64,000 nt of DNA. It comes from a virus (Duplodnaviria; Caudoviricetes). The DNA is taken from IMG/VR virus record IMGVR_UViG_3300046171_000271, one strand, 5' to 3'. Made by a program: the position numbers and the translations under genes. This document shows, in pieces, positions 22,101 through 31,654 of this stretch; positions within the stretch are counted from its first letter, which is position 1; every line of letters starts with the position of its first letter. The notes beneath the pieces were generated by a model. The model was given only the letters and a program-made list of their open reading frames with translations. It ran no database searches and was not told the origin of the DNA.

Positions 22101-23573
22101 GTGAATACAACAGATCTTGTAATCTCCAAATCTAACGAAGTTTTTTTAAAAATCAATACTGAACCTCATATTGAATATGAGTTAAGAGATCATTTTAAAT
22201 TTGAAGTCCCAAATGCTAAGTTCATGCCACAGTATCGTGGTAGAAATTGGAATGGAGAAATTCATTTATACGACATGCGTTCCAAGCAGATCTATGTTGG
22301 ACTGCTGGATAAGATTGTAAGTTTTTGTGAAAACTACGGATATACTTTTTCTTTTCAAAATAATAAATTCTACGGACAACCCTTTGAAGTAAATGATGAA
22401 ATATCATATGAGGGTGTCAAAGGATTCATGCGATCTATTTGTACTCATACTCCACGTCGATATCAAATTGAGGGAGTATACGATGCTTTAAAGCATAATA
22501 GAAAGCTATTGATAAGCCCCACTGGGAGCGGCAAATCTCTAATGATTTATTCATTAGTGAGATATTATGTAGACAAGAAACAAAAAATTCTTCTTGTCGT
22601 TCCAACGACATCTCTTGTAGAGCAGATGTACAAGGATTTTGAGGATTATGGTTGGAACGCTGAGACATTTTGTCATAAGATTTATAGTGGCAAAGAAAAG
22701 AACACAAATTGTCCTGTAACTATTACCACCTGGCAATCTATCTATAAGTTAGAGAGAAGTTGGTTTGAGGAGTATAACGTTGTGATTGGTGATGAAGCAC
22801 ACCTGTTTAAGAGTAAATCTCTTATTTCAATCATGACTAAATTACATCATGCTAAGTATAGATTTGGGTTCACAGGTACTTTAGACGGCACACAGACGCA
22901 TAAATGGGTGCTTGAGGGAGTCTTTGGCCCTTCATATAAAGTGACAAGAACTGATGAATTAATGAAGCAAGGACACTTATCTGAGTTAGATATACAGTGT
23001 CTTGTTTTGAAACATGAACCACAAAAGTTTGAAACATACAATGATGAAATTGAGTATCTAATCTCTCATGAACAAAGAAATAAATTTATTACTAACCTAA
23101 CACTTGATCTTAAAGGAAATACACTTGTCCTTTTTGCAAGAGTCGAAGCACATGGAGAGGTACTCTACAATCAGATAAATAATAATAAGCGTGATAACCG
23201 TAAGGTATTTTTTGTACATGGTGGTGTAGACGCTGAAGAAAGGGAGGTAGTTAGAGAAATCACAGAAAGAGAAAACAACGCAATCATTGTCGCCTCTTAT
23301 GGAACTTTTTCTACTGGTATCAACATTAAAAACCTCCATAATGTTATCTTTGCCTCTCCAAGTAAGTCCAGAGTCAGAAATCTTCAGAGTATTGGACGAG
23401 TTCTTAGAAAAGGAAAAAACAAAGTAAAAGCAACTCTGTATGACATTGCAGATGATTGTTCAACAAAGACAAGAAGAAACTATACGTTAAATCACCTCAT
23501 TGAAAGAATTAAAATCTATAATGAAGAGAACTTTAACTATGATATCATAACCATACACTTAAAGAAAACATGA
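22101..23573 (+). CDS. uvsW: DNA helicase UvsW (SF2)
   Basis: SPTGSGKS, DEAH, GFTGT, QSIGRVLR. Confidence 0.96.
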   Translation: MNTTDLVISKSNEVFLKINTEPHIEYELRDHFKFEVPNAKFMPQYRGRNWNGEIHLYDMRSKQIYVGLLDKIVSFCENYGYTFSFQNNKFYGQPFEVNDEISYEGVKGFMRSICTHTPRRYQIEGVYDALKHNRKLLISPTGSGKSLMIYSLVRYYVDKKQKILLVVPTTSLVEQMYKDFEDYGWNAETFCHKIYSGKEKNTNCPVTITTWQSIYKLERSWFEEYNVVIGDEAHLFKSKSLISIMTKLHHAKYRFGFTGTLDGTQTHKWVLEGVFGPSYKVTRTDELMKQGHLSELDIQCLVLKHEPQKFETYNDEIEYLISHEQRNKFITNLTLDLKGNTLVLFARVEAHGEVLYNQINNNKRDNRKVFFVHGGVDAEEREVVREITERENNAIIVASYGTFSTGINIKNLHNVIFASPSKSRVRNLQSIGRVLRKGKNKVKATLYDIADDCSTKTRRNYTLNHLIERIKIYNEENFNYDIITIHLKKT

Positions 23574-23995
23574 TAGAAGATGATTTTTATGCAACAATAA
23601 AACTTAAATCTGGCGAAGAGATCTTTGCTAAAGTAGCTGCTGAAGAAGAACTTGATAGAACTATTTTAATAGTTTCTAATCCAGTTACTATAAATGAAGT
23701 AAAAAGTAGAATAGGAACAATCGGTTATAAAGTAGAACCTTGGTTAAAAACTTCTTCTGATAATATGTTCTTTATTAATTTAAATGATGTATTAACAATG
23801 TCTGAATCAAGTGATATTGAAATGATTCACATACATCAAGAATATGTAAGAAGAACAGACGATAATCCTACTTCTGGATCAAGTAATCATAAACTAGATA
23901 AAAAGATGGGATATCTTGCTAATGTAAATGATGCAAGAGAAATACTTGAGAAACTCTATAGAAGTCCTTCTAATAAAGATATAAGTAATAACTAA
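23570..23995 (+). CDS. Conserved hypothetical protein (KLKSGEE family, possibly Sm-like)
   Basis: YATIKLKSGEEIFAKV; usual position between uvsW and gp55. Confidence 0.7.
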   Translation: MIEDDFYATIKLKSGEEIFAKVAAEEELDRTILIVSNPVTINEVKSRIGTIGYKVEPWLKTSSDNMFFINLNDVLTMSESSDIEMIHIHQEYVRRTDDNPTSGSSNHKLDKKMGYLANVNDAREILEKLYRSPSNKDISNN

Positions 23996-24023
23996 AGCTA
24001 TTCTTATCAACCTCGACAAAGGT

Positions 24024-24052
24024 ATTCTACACAAGGTCTTAAGACTTGTCAA
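24024..24052 (-). promoter_or_regulatory. Leftward sigma70-type promoter (TTGACA-17-TAGAAT)
   Basis: The reverse complement reads TTGACA agtcttaagaccttgtg TAGAAT. Confidence 0.7.
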
Positions 24053-24074
24053 GTATATGTCTTAATGGTATACT
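24046..24074 (+). promoter_or_regulatory. Rightward sigma70-type promoter for gp55 (TTGTCA-17-TATACT)
   Basis: Direct read of the sequence, upstream of the gp55 ATG. Confidence 0.7.
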
Positions 24075-24099
24075 TTATACATAATGATGAGATATAGTT

Positions 24100-24594
24100 A
24101 TGATACAACCAGGCATGACTAAGAGAAAAAGATCAGAACACTATGTAAACAATAAAGAGTTCTTAGCTGCTCTGATTGCGTATCGCGAAGAAAGAGAAAT
24201 TGCAGAAGCAAAAGGACTTCCAAGGCCTGTAATTCCTAGGTATATTGGAGAATGTTTTCTTAAGATTGCAACCCATTTGTCATTTAAACCAAATTTTGTG
24301 AACTACATGTTCAAGGATGATATGGTTTCAGATGGTATTGAAAATTGTGTGCAGTATATTCATAATTTCAATCCTGAGAAGTCTCAGAATCCCTTTGCAT
24401 ATTTCACACAAATTATTCACTACGCTTTCTTGAGACGGATTCAAAGAGAGAAGCGTCAGTTGGAAATTAAGAACAAGATTCTGGAGAAGTCTGGGTATAG
24501 TGAGGTGTTTGACGACAACAACACCCTTGACGGATCGAACTATAGTGACTATAATTCCATTAAGGATGCAGTCCACTCAAAACTTCGTTATTAA
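24100..24594 (+). CDS. gp55: Late transcription sigma factor
   Basis: HYVNNKEFL, YIGECFLKIATHLS, NPFAYFTQIIHYAFLRRI. Confidence 0.96.
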   Translation: MIQPGMTKRKRSEHYVNNKEFLAALIAYREEREIAEAKGLPRPVIPRYIGECFLKIATHLSFKPNFVNYMFKDDMVSDGIENCVQYIHNFNPEKSQNPFAYFTQIIHYAFLRRIQREKRQLEIKNKILEKSGYSEVFDDNNTLDGSNYSDYNSIKDAVHSKLRY

Positions 24595-25634
24595 TGAAGA
24601 TTGCAATAATCACAGATCAACATTTTGGTGCTCGTAAGAACTCCAAGTTGTTTCATAATTATTTTCTTAAATTTTATAATGATATCTTTTTTCCATATCT
24701 AGAGAAGCACGGTATTACTACTGTGATAGACATGGGCGATACTTTTGATAATCGCACTGGTATCAACTTTGGATCTCTTGCGTGGGCCAAAAATAATTAT
24801 TACGATAGACTTGAACAGATGGGTATTACTGTTCATACTATTGTAGGAAATCATACTGCTTTTTATAAAAATACTAACGAAGTTAATGCTGTAGATTTGC
24901 TTCTTCGTGAGTATGGCAATGTTTATGTTTACTCTTCGCCTGAAGAAGTAAAATTAGATAAATTAAACGTACTTTTTATTCCTTGGATCAATGAAGACAA
25001 CTCTCAAAGCACTTTCACTGCTATTGAAAATACAGATAGCAAATGCGCGATGGGGCACCTTGAACTGCGCGGATTTAGAGCTCATCGCGGATGCGTCATG
25101 GAGCATGGTTTTGAGAGCGACTTATTTAAGAAGTTCACCAAAGTCTTTTCGGGACACTACCACACTCGATCAGATGATCAGAAGATCTTCTATCTAGGAA
25201 ATCCTTATGAGATTTTCTGGAATGATGTTAACGATACGAGAGGATTTACAATCTTTGACACAGAAACTTTAGAGCATACTTATGTTGATAATCCATATCG
25301 AATGTTTTATAATATCTACTATGAAGATACTGATTACCAAACATTTGATGTAAGAGAATATGAGAATAAAATTGTAAAAGTTATTGTTCGTAAGAAATCT
25401 AATACTAAGAAATTTGAGAAGTTTATTGATAAACTGTATTCTGTTGGAGTTGCAGATTTAAAAATCGTAGAAAACTTTGAAGTTGGAAATACTGAAGAGT
25501 TTGAAGCATTTGAATCTGAAGATACACTTTCTATCTTGAATAGATATATTCAAGAAGCAGAAATCAGTCTTGATAAATCTGTTTTACAAGATATTATGCG
25601 AACAACATATCAGGAGGCTTGTGAGTTAATTTAA
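24594..25634 (+). CDS. gp47: Recombination endonuclease subunit (Mre11/SbcD-like)
   Basis: TDQHFG, GDTFD, GNH, SGHYH phosphoesterase motifs. Confidence 0.96.
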   Translation: MKIAIITDQHFGARKNSKLFHNYFLKFYNDIFFPYLEKHGITTVIDMGDTFDNRTGINFGSLAWAKNNYYDRLEQMGITVHTIVGNHTAFYKNTNEVNAVDLLLREYGNVYVYSSPEEVKLDKLNVLFIPWINEDNSQSTFTAIENTDSKCAMGHLELRGFRAHRGCVMEHGFESDLFKKFTKVFSGHYHTRSDDQKIFYLGNPYEIFWNDVNDTRGFTIFDTETLEHTYVDNPYRMFYNIYYEDTDYQTFDVREYENKIVKVIVRKKSNTKKFEKFIDKLYSVGVADLKIVENFEVGNTEEFEAFESEDTLSILNRYIQEAEISLDKSVLQDIMRTTYQEACELI

Positions 25635-25912
25635 TGTTTATCTTAACTATCGATGGTAAAGAAGATCGAGGAGCATATTCAGTAGAAAACGAATCAGGAG
25701 ATAAGATACTTTATCTCTTTGAAGAAGAAGATGATGCCACTCGATTTGCCATACAGTTAGAAGATGAGCATGGATACCCGGAGATGCATATAATTGAAGT
25801 AGAAGATGAAATAATGCTTAAGACATGCCACATTCATGAGTGTGAGTATGCTATAATTTCAAAGAACGACATCGTGGTGCCGCCAGAAACCGAAACATAT
25901 GATTTTATTTGA
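25634..25912 (+). CDS. Hypothetical protein between gp47 and gp46
   Basis: Coupled acidic ORF. Confidence 0.7.
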   Translation: MFILTIDGKEDRGAYSVENESGDKILYLFEEEDDATRFAIQLEDEHGYPEMHIIEVEDEIMLKTCHIHECEYAIISKNDIVVPPETETYDFI

Positions 25913-27611
25913 AAAGATAAAGTGGCGTAATTTTTTAAGCACTGGTAATCATTATACTGAAGTTAAATTAAATGAGAATGGTAACACGATGATTATTGGC
26001 ACTAATGGTGCTGGTAAGTCTACTATTCTTGATGCTCTTACATTTTCACTTTTTGGCAAGGCATTTCGTAAAATCAATAAACCACAACTGCTTAATACGA
26101 CAAATGAGAAAGATTGTTGTGTTGAAGTGGAGTTTGCTATTGGTAATATTTCTTGGAAAGTAATTAGGGGCATCAAACCTAACATTTTTAAGATTTATCG
26201 CAATGGTGAAGAACTGAATCAAGATGCTGCAGCACTCGATCAGCAAAAGTGGTTAGAGCAGAATGTTCTGAAGATGAACTATAAGTCATTTACTCAGATT
26301 GTCATTCTTGGAAGTAGCACATTTGTGCCTTTCATGCAACTTTCTGCAGCAAATCGACGTGAAGTTATTGAAGATTTGCTTGATATCAAGATCTTTTCGT
26401 CTATGAATACTGTCATTAAGAGTAAAATCAGTGCTCTGAAGGATGAAGTGAAGACACTGACACTTAAAAAAGAGTCATTGAGTGATAAAGTTGACATGCA
26501 AACTCGTTTTATAGATAAGTTGGAGACTCAAGGCAAGGAAAATATTGCTGAGAAAAAAGAAAAAGTCTCTGAACTTAAGAAACTTATTAATCTTTACAAT
26601 AAAGAAGTTAATATTGCTGAAGAAAAAGTATTTTCTTTTATAAAAGAGCAAGAAAGTGTGATCGGAGCTACAGAAAAACTACGTAAACTGAGTGGACTGA
26701 AGGGTAAAATCAGTCAAAAGGCGTCAACTCTTAGAAAAGAACATAAATTTTTTACTGAAAATACGGTTTGTCCTACCTGTACACAGTCAATTGAAGAGGA
26801 TTTCAGAATAAATAAGATTAACGACGCTCAAAATGTAGCGAACGAGTTGCAATCTGGTTTAAAAGAACTGGATGAGGCAATTAATGAAGAACAGGAGCGA
26901 GAGCGTCAATTTCTTGCCCTATCGAAGGAGATCTCTAAACTACAGAATGACATTTCTAAGGACAATGTTCGGATTTCTGAATGTCAACGACAAATCGGAA
27001 ATCTGGAATCGGAAGTTCAAGAGCTTACCGAGCAAATTGCAAACCGAAATACTGAACATGAGAAGTTAGAAACCTTCAAAAACAACTTAACAACTACATT
27101 TGGCGAATTAGCGTCAAGAAAGGACACTATTAACTATTACGATTTTTCGTATAGTCTACTTAAAGACGGTGGAGTTAAAACAAAAATCATCAAGAAGTAC
27201 TTGCCTCTGATTAATCAGCAAGTCAATCGTTATCTTCAGTTGATGGACTTCTATATTAACTTTACTCTTGATGAAGAGTTCAACGAAACCGTTCAGTCCC
27301 CGATACATGAGGACTTTTCATACTCTTCTTTCAGCGAGGGAGAGAAGATGAGAATCGATTTAGCACTCTTGTTTACCTGGAGAGAGGTGGCAAGGATGAA
27401 GAACTCTGTCAACACGAATCTGCTTATTATGGATGAGGTATTTGACAGTTCTCTTGATGGATTTGGTACAGATGAGTTCTTAAAAATTATTCGATTTGTA
27501 ATTAAAGATGCAAATGTTTTTGTCATCTCTCATAAGGAATCTTTATTTGATAAGTTTGAGAACGTGATAAAATTTGAGAAAGTAAAAGGGTTTTCTAGTA
27601 TAGTATCCTAG
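25899..27611 (+). CDS. gp46: Recombination ATPase subunit (Rad50/SbcC-like)
   Basis: GTNGAGKS, CPTC zinc hook, FSEGEK signature, IMDE Walker B. Confidence 0.96.
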   Translation: MILFEKIKWRNFLSTGNHYTEVKLNENGNTMIIGTNGAGKSTILDALTFSLFGKAFRKINKPQLLNTTNEKDCCVEVEFAIGNISWKVIRGIKPNIFKIYRNGEELNQDAAALDQQKWLEQNVLKMNYKSFTQIVILGSSTFVPFMQLSAANRREVIEDLLDIKIFSSMNTVIKSKISALKDEVKTLTLKKESLSDKVDMQTRFIDKLETQGKENIAEKKEKVSELKKLINLYNKEVNIAEEKVFSFIKEQESVIGATEKLRKLSGLKGKISQKASTLRKEHKFFTENTVCPTCTQSIEEDFRINKINDAQNVANELQSGLKELDEAINEEQERERQFLALSKEISKLQNDISKDNVRISECQRQIGNLESEVQELTEQIANRNTEHEKLETFKNNLTTTFGELASRKDTINYYDFSYSLLKDGGVKTKIIKKYLPLINQQVNRYLQLMDFYINFTLDEEFNETVQSPIHEDFSYSSFSEGEKMRIDLALLFTWREVARMKNSVNTNLLIMDEVFDSSLDGFGTDEFLKIIRFVIKDANVFVISHKESLFDKFENVIKFEKVKGFSSIVS

Positions 27612-27624
27612 AACGAACAGTAAA

Positions 27625-27762
27625 ATGAACACTCCAAACTGGCAACACCACTCAAAAAAAGAACAAAAGTGTAAATTGAAACCACAAGCGTTGCGTCAGC
27701 GTAAAGAAGCATTGAGATTTTTGAAGAAAAAGTTAAATGTAACAGTAAGTACATTAAGTTAG
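27625..27762 (+). CDS. Small basic hypothetical protein
   Basis: My translation: MNTPNWQHHSKKEQKCKLKPQALRQRKEALRFLKKKL..., 45 aa. Confidence 0.6.
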   Translation: MNTPNWQHHSKKEQKCKLKPQALRQRKEALRFLKKKLNVTVSTLS

Positions 27763-27851
27763 GAAACGCTGACTATATAATACAGAATTGGAGAAAAGGT
27801 TATGAAGTGAAATTAAATTCTTCATTATCTGATGTTTATAATTAAAAAATT

Positions 27852-28034
27852 ATGCACAATTTAATTTCACATAATCAGTTAGCGGGTTGGAAACAAAGTA
27901 TTGAACGATTGAATCATACTTTAGATAGAACACTTAATGAATCTGATCAAATTAATGATTATTATGATTGTCTAATTGAATGTGATGATGATCAGGCGAC
28001 TTGTAAACGTATCTGTAGGAGTATTCTTTCATAA
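27852..28034 (+). CDS. Small Cys-rich hypothetical protein
   Basis: MHNLISHNQL...YYDCLIECDDDQATCKRICR. Confidence 0.7.
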   Translation: MHNLISHNQLAGWKQSIERLNHTLDRTLNESDQINDYYDCLIECDDDQATCKRICRSILS

Positions 28035-28043
28035 CCAACCATA

Positions 28044-28100
28044 GACACTTTAGAAACTGTCACTGAGGGCCTCCACCGAAAGGTGGGGGTTTAGTATTAT
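28044..28100 (+). promoter_or_regulatory. Early-type regulatory module: short inverted repeat, GAAA hairpin and -10-like TATTAT
   Basis: GACA-ctttagaaac-TGTC; CCTCCACC-GAAA-GGTGGGGG; TATTAT; SD AGGAG before ATG 28122. Confidence 0.5.
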
Positions 28101-28121
28101 AGGGATATCAAAAGGAGTTCA

Positions 28122-30209
28122 ATGCCAGTCTTACAAGAGATCAAGTCACAACTCGCTAAACTTCTTGCCACTGAGGACTTGGTGGTTGAGCATCGTAAGG
28201 TTTCCACAGCTCAGTTCAATGTTCATAGTCGTATACTAACTCTTCCGATGTGGGAGAGTGCAAGCAATGTTGTTTATGATTTACTTGTAGGACACGAAGT
28301 TGGACATGCTCTCTATACTCCTGATGAAGATCTCCCGAAAGGTATTCCTCATTCTTTCGTTAATATTGTTGAAGATGCTCGTATTGAGAAGTTGATGAAG
28401 CGCAAATATCCTGGAATGAGTAAAACATTCTTTAAAGGATATAACCAGATGAGTGATGATGACTTCTTCAAAATCGCTGATGAAGATCTTAATGAATTCA
28501 ACCTTGCTGATCGTGCAAATTTATATTTTAAGATTGGCAATTTTGTAGATATTCAATTCTCTGATGAAGAGATGTCAATTGTTCGTATGATCGGAGATTG
28601 TGAGAATTTTGAAGATGTTATTAAGGTAGCAGAAGTGCTTTATAAGTATTGTAAGAAAGAAGTTAATAATGAAAAAGAAGATATTGAAGTACCTAAGTCT
28701 CAGGAGCAATCTTCTCAGGATCAGGTGGAACAAGAAAGCGAGGAGTCAAAACCTCAAGGAATTATTGAAGATGAATCTGAGAATAGTGAGGACGATGGTG
28801 AACCGGAGAATGAACCGGAGATTGAAACTGTAGATTCCCTTTCTGACAGTATTGAGCAACTAGCGCAAACTGATGGTATTGAAACTGTTTACGTGGAAGT
28901 TCCTAAAGTTAATCTTGATACAATTATTGTATCTAATCAACTTGTTCATGAATATATTGATGCTAAGTTTAATCATCAACAGAACATTTCTGATGAAATG
29001 AATTACAAAATTTTTGATCAACCTGACAAAGATTTTATTCAGTTCAAGCGTTCTGCACAGAAAGAAGTTAATTATCTTGTAAAAGAGTTTGAGTGTAAAA
29101 AAGCTGCAGACTCTTATGCCCGTGCCACCACTGCTCGTACTGGTGTTCTTGATTGTGCCAAACTTCATACCTACAAGTATAATGATGATTTATTCCGCAA
29201 AGTAACAACTCTTGCTGATGGTAAAAGTCATGGATTAGTGTTTATGCTTGATTGGAGTGGTTCTATGCAGTACACCCTGATGGACACTTGTAAGCAGATG
29301 TTCAATTTATTGTGGTTCTGTAAGAAAGTTGGCATTCCTTTTGATGTATACGCTTTTACTAGTGAGTGGGGCACTCATCGTGATGATGATTTTCCTCATC
29401 AACTGGTAGATCATTATGAGAGGAAGGAGAATATTCTTGCAATTGATAATGAATTCAATCTTCTCAATATCCTTTCTAGTAAAACATCAACTAAAGAATT
29501 GGAAAGGCAGATGATTAACGTCTGGAGACATGCTTATGCTTTCTGTAGAATTTATAATTGTTCATACTCTTGGGGTAGAAAAATGTCTCTTTCAGGCACT
29601 CCTCTGAATGAATCTCTGGTTTGCTTACATCAGATTCTTCCTAAGTTTCAACGAGAAAACAAACTTCAAAAAGTTCAGTGTATTGTTCTAACTGATGGCG
29701 AAGCTTGTCCACTAAATCATCATAAACTGATCAAGAGATATTGGGAAAATAATACAGAGTTTCTTGGAACCGCACGTCATGATCAGTGGAAGACTATCCT
29801 TCGTGATAGGAAAACAGGTAATATGTACAAATTTGAATCTGCAAATTATAATGGATTCACTGATGTCATGCTAAAGAATCTAAAAGATAATTTTCCTGAA
29901 GTAAACTTTATGGGTATTCGTTTACTTGCTCCTCGCGACTCTACTAATTTTCTTAGACTTTACTATGATCATGGTGCCGAACTTACTAAACTTCAGAATG
30001 AGTGGAAGAAAGAAAAGAGTTTTGTGATTCGTGAGTCAGGATATGATGCATACTTTGGACTCTCATGTTCTGCTCTCGCTCAAGATGTTGAGTTCGATGT
30101 TGATGAAGGTGCATCAAAGGCAAAAATTAAGTCAGCATTTGCTAAGAGTTTGAAGACTAAAAAACTAAATAAGAAAGTTCTTGGAGAATTTATTTCTTTG
30201 GTGGCATGA
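28122..30209 (+). CDS. HExxH metallopeptidase-like N-terminus plus C-terminal vWA (CobT-like) protein
   Basis: HEVGH...EDARIE, acidic linker, MIDAS-like DWSGSM, LSGTPL, LTDG. Confidence 0.85.
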   Translation: MPVLQEIKSQLAKLLATEDLVVEHRKVSTAQFNVHSRILTLPMWESASNVVYDLLVGHEVGHALYTPDEDLPKGIPHSFVNIVEDARIEKLMKRKYPGMSKTFFKGYNQMSDDDFFKIADEDLNEFNLADRANLYFKIGNFVDIQFSDEEMSIVRMIGDCENFEDVIKVAEVLYKYCKKEVNNEKEDIEVPKSQEQSSQDQVEQESEESKPQGIIEDESENSEDDGEPENEPEIETVDSLSDSIEQLAQTDGIETVYVEVPKVNLDTIIVSNQLVHEYIDAKFNHQQNISDEMNYKIFDQPDKDFIQFKRSAQKEVNYLVKEFECKKAADSYARATTARTGVLDCAKLHTYKYNDDLFRKVTTLADGKSHGLVFMLDWSGSMQYTLMDTCKQMFNLLWFCKKVGIPFDVYAFTSEWGTHRDDDFPHQLVDHYERKENILAIDNEFNLLNILSSKTSTKELERQMINVWRHAYAFCRIYNCSYSWGRKMSLSGTPLNESLVCLHQILPKFQRENKLQKVQCIVLTDGEACPLNHHKLIKRYWENNTEFLGTARHDQWKTILRDRKTGNMYKFESANYNGFTDVMLKNLKDNFPEVNFMGIRLLAPRDSTNFLRLYYDHGAELTKLQNEWKKEKSFVIRESGYDAYFGLSCSALAQDVEFDVDEGASKAKIKSAFAKSLKTKKLNKKVLGEFISLVA

Positions 30210-30385
30210 AATTATTCCCTCTATTATTTTTATTAGCAACTCCTGTATTTGCTTTATCAGAGGGTGGTTTTCATCCAGAACCATGCCCCACACAATTGAA
30301 TTCTCAAGTCGTTGTTCCAATTACAATCAAATCAAATGAGCACCAGTATGAATTGGAAAGAAATAGCACTTCAGATGGAAACTAA
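30206..30385 (+). CDS. Small hypothetical protein with signal-peptide-like N-terminus
   Basis: My translation: MKLFPLLFLLATPVFA...; ATGA overlap with the upstream stop. Confidence 0.45.
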   Translation: MKLFPLLFLLATPVFALSEGGFHPEPCPTQLNSQVVVPITIKSNEHQYELERNSTSDGN

Positions 30386-30485
30386 TTCAAAGGTTCGTAA
30401 GGTTCTTCTAGAAGGCCCAAAGAGTCTCTCAGAATCTTGGATTTTAATGGCAATGCAGTTCAAGTATAGACGATTTGAAAAGTGA
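30348..30485 (+). CDS. Small hypothetical protein
   Basis: My translation: MNWKEIALQMETNSKVRKVLLEGPKSLSESW..., 45 aa. Confidence 0.55.
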   Translation: MNWKEIALQMETNSKVRKVLLEGPKSLSESWILMAMQFKYRRFEK

Positions 30486-30490
30486 ACACT

Positions 30491-30524
30491 GGGGGGTTAC
30501 ACCCCCCTTTTTTGTTTGTATAAT
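30491..30524 (+). terminator. Terminator hairpin fused to an early promoter (-10 TATAAT)
   Basis: GGGGGG-TTACA-CCCCCC-TTTTTT; GTTACA-17-TATAAT upstream of cobS. Confidence 0.7.
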
Positions 30525-30547
30525 AAGCAGGTAAACGACAAAAGCAC

Positions 30548-31648
30548 ATGGCACTGTCCCCTGAGTACATCCGCACCTCACTTCAAGAACTGTATGGCAC
30601 AGAGCTCACTGCTGCCGATATTCGCGCCTGGTGTGCTATGAACGGTGTAAACTATCAAACTGTTACCAATAAACTGACTGATTATAAAGTGGGACGTGGC
30701 AAGTGGAATCTGGAAGTAACTAAAGAGACTGTAGAGGATCTAGAAGTAACATATAATTCTCCTGCAGCTATGCCTGCAGTTGAACAAAATCTTATTCCTT
30801 TGAAAGATGATTCCTTCGTCCAGTTTGGTAACTTTGGTGATATTAAAAAAATTATTAAGTCCGGTATTTTTTATCCGACGTTCATTACAGGACTCTCCGG
30901 TAATGGAAAGACTTTTTCGGTTGAGCAAGCGTGTGCCCAACTCGGCCGAGAACTTATCAGAGTAAACATCACAATCGAAACAGATGAAGATGATCTTATC
31001 GGCGGTTTTCGCCTTGTTGATGGTAACACCGTCTGGCACAATGGCCCAGTCATCGAAGCACTCGAAAGAGGTGCTGTATTGCTCCTTGACGAACTCGATC
31101 TCGCTTCTAACAAAATTCTCTGTCTCCAAAGTATCCTTGAAGGGAAAGGAGTTTTCCTTAAGAAAATCGGACGGCGAGTTGATCCTGCAAGTGGATTCAA
31201 CGTCATCGCCACAGCCAACACTAAGGGTAAAGGTTCAGACGACGGACGATTCATTGGAACTAATGTGCTCAACGAAGCATTCCTAGAGCGTTTCCCTGTT
31301 ACTTTAGAGCAGGAATATCCTACTGCTGCTACTGAGACAAAGATTCTCACTAAACTTTGCTCTGATGAAACCTTCTGTAAGCGTCTTGCTGACTGGGCAG
31401 ATATCATTCGCAAGACATTCTATGATGGGGGTATTGAAGAGATCATTAGCACTCGCCGTCTGGTTCACATCGTTCATGCATTTAATATCTTTAGCGATAA
31501 GGCAAAAGCAATTGAGGTTTGTGTAAATCGTTTTGATGATGAAACTAAGCAGGCCTTCCTAGAACTGTATGATAAGGTTGATGCTGATTTCCAGATGCCT
31601 GGGGATGAGGATCAAAAGCAAGCACTTGACTCGCACAACTTCTCTTGA
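30548..31648 (+). CDS. cobS: CobS/MoxR-like AAA+ ATPase
   Basis: GLSGNGKT, LLLDELD, ATANTKGKG, LNEAFLERF. Confidence 0.92.
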   Translation: MALSPEYIRTSLQELYGTELTAADIRAWCAMNGVNYQTVTNKLTDYKVGRGKWNLEVTKETVEDLEVTYNSPAAMPAVEQNLIPLKDDSFVQFGNFGDIKKIIKSGIFYPTFITGLSGNGKTFSVEQACAQLGRELIRVNITIETDEDDLIGGFRLVDGNTVWHNGPVIEALERGAVLLLDELDLASNKILCLQSILEGKGVFLKKIGRRVDPASGFNVIATANTKGKGSDDGRFIGTNVLNEAFLERFPVTLEQEYPTAATETKILTKLCSDETFCKRLADWADIIRKTFYDGGIEEIISTRRLVHIVHAFNIFSDKAKAIEVCVNRFDDETKQAFLELYDKVDADFQMPGDEDQKQALDSHNFS

Positions 31649-31654
31649 TAAAAT
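31626..31654 (+). promoter_or_regulatory. sigma70-type promoter TTGACT-17-TAAAAT
   Basis: Direct read; overlaps the cobS end. The -10 overlaps ATG 31653, so that start may not be the one used. Confidence 0.5.

Noticed and set aside
27852-28034. CP12 auxiliary metabolic gene
   Set aside because: Lacks the AWD_VEEL core and the C-terminal C-x8-C loop of CP12.
30548-31648. Functional cobalamin biosynthesis pathway
   Set aside because: Only a CobS-like AAA ATPase and a vWA partner are present; no cobN or other cob genes are in the window.
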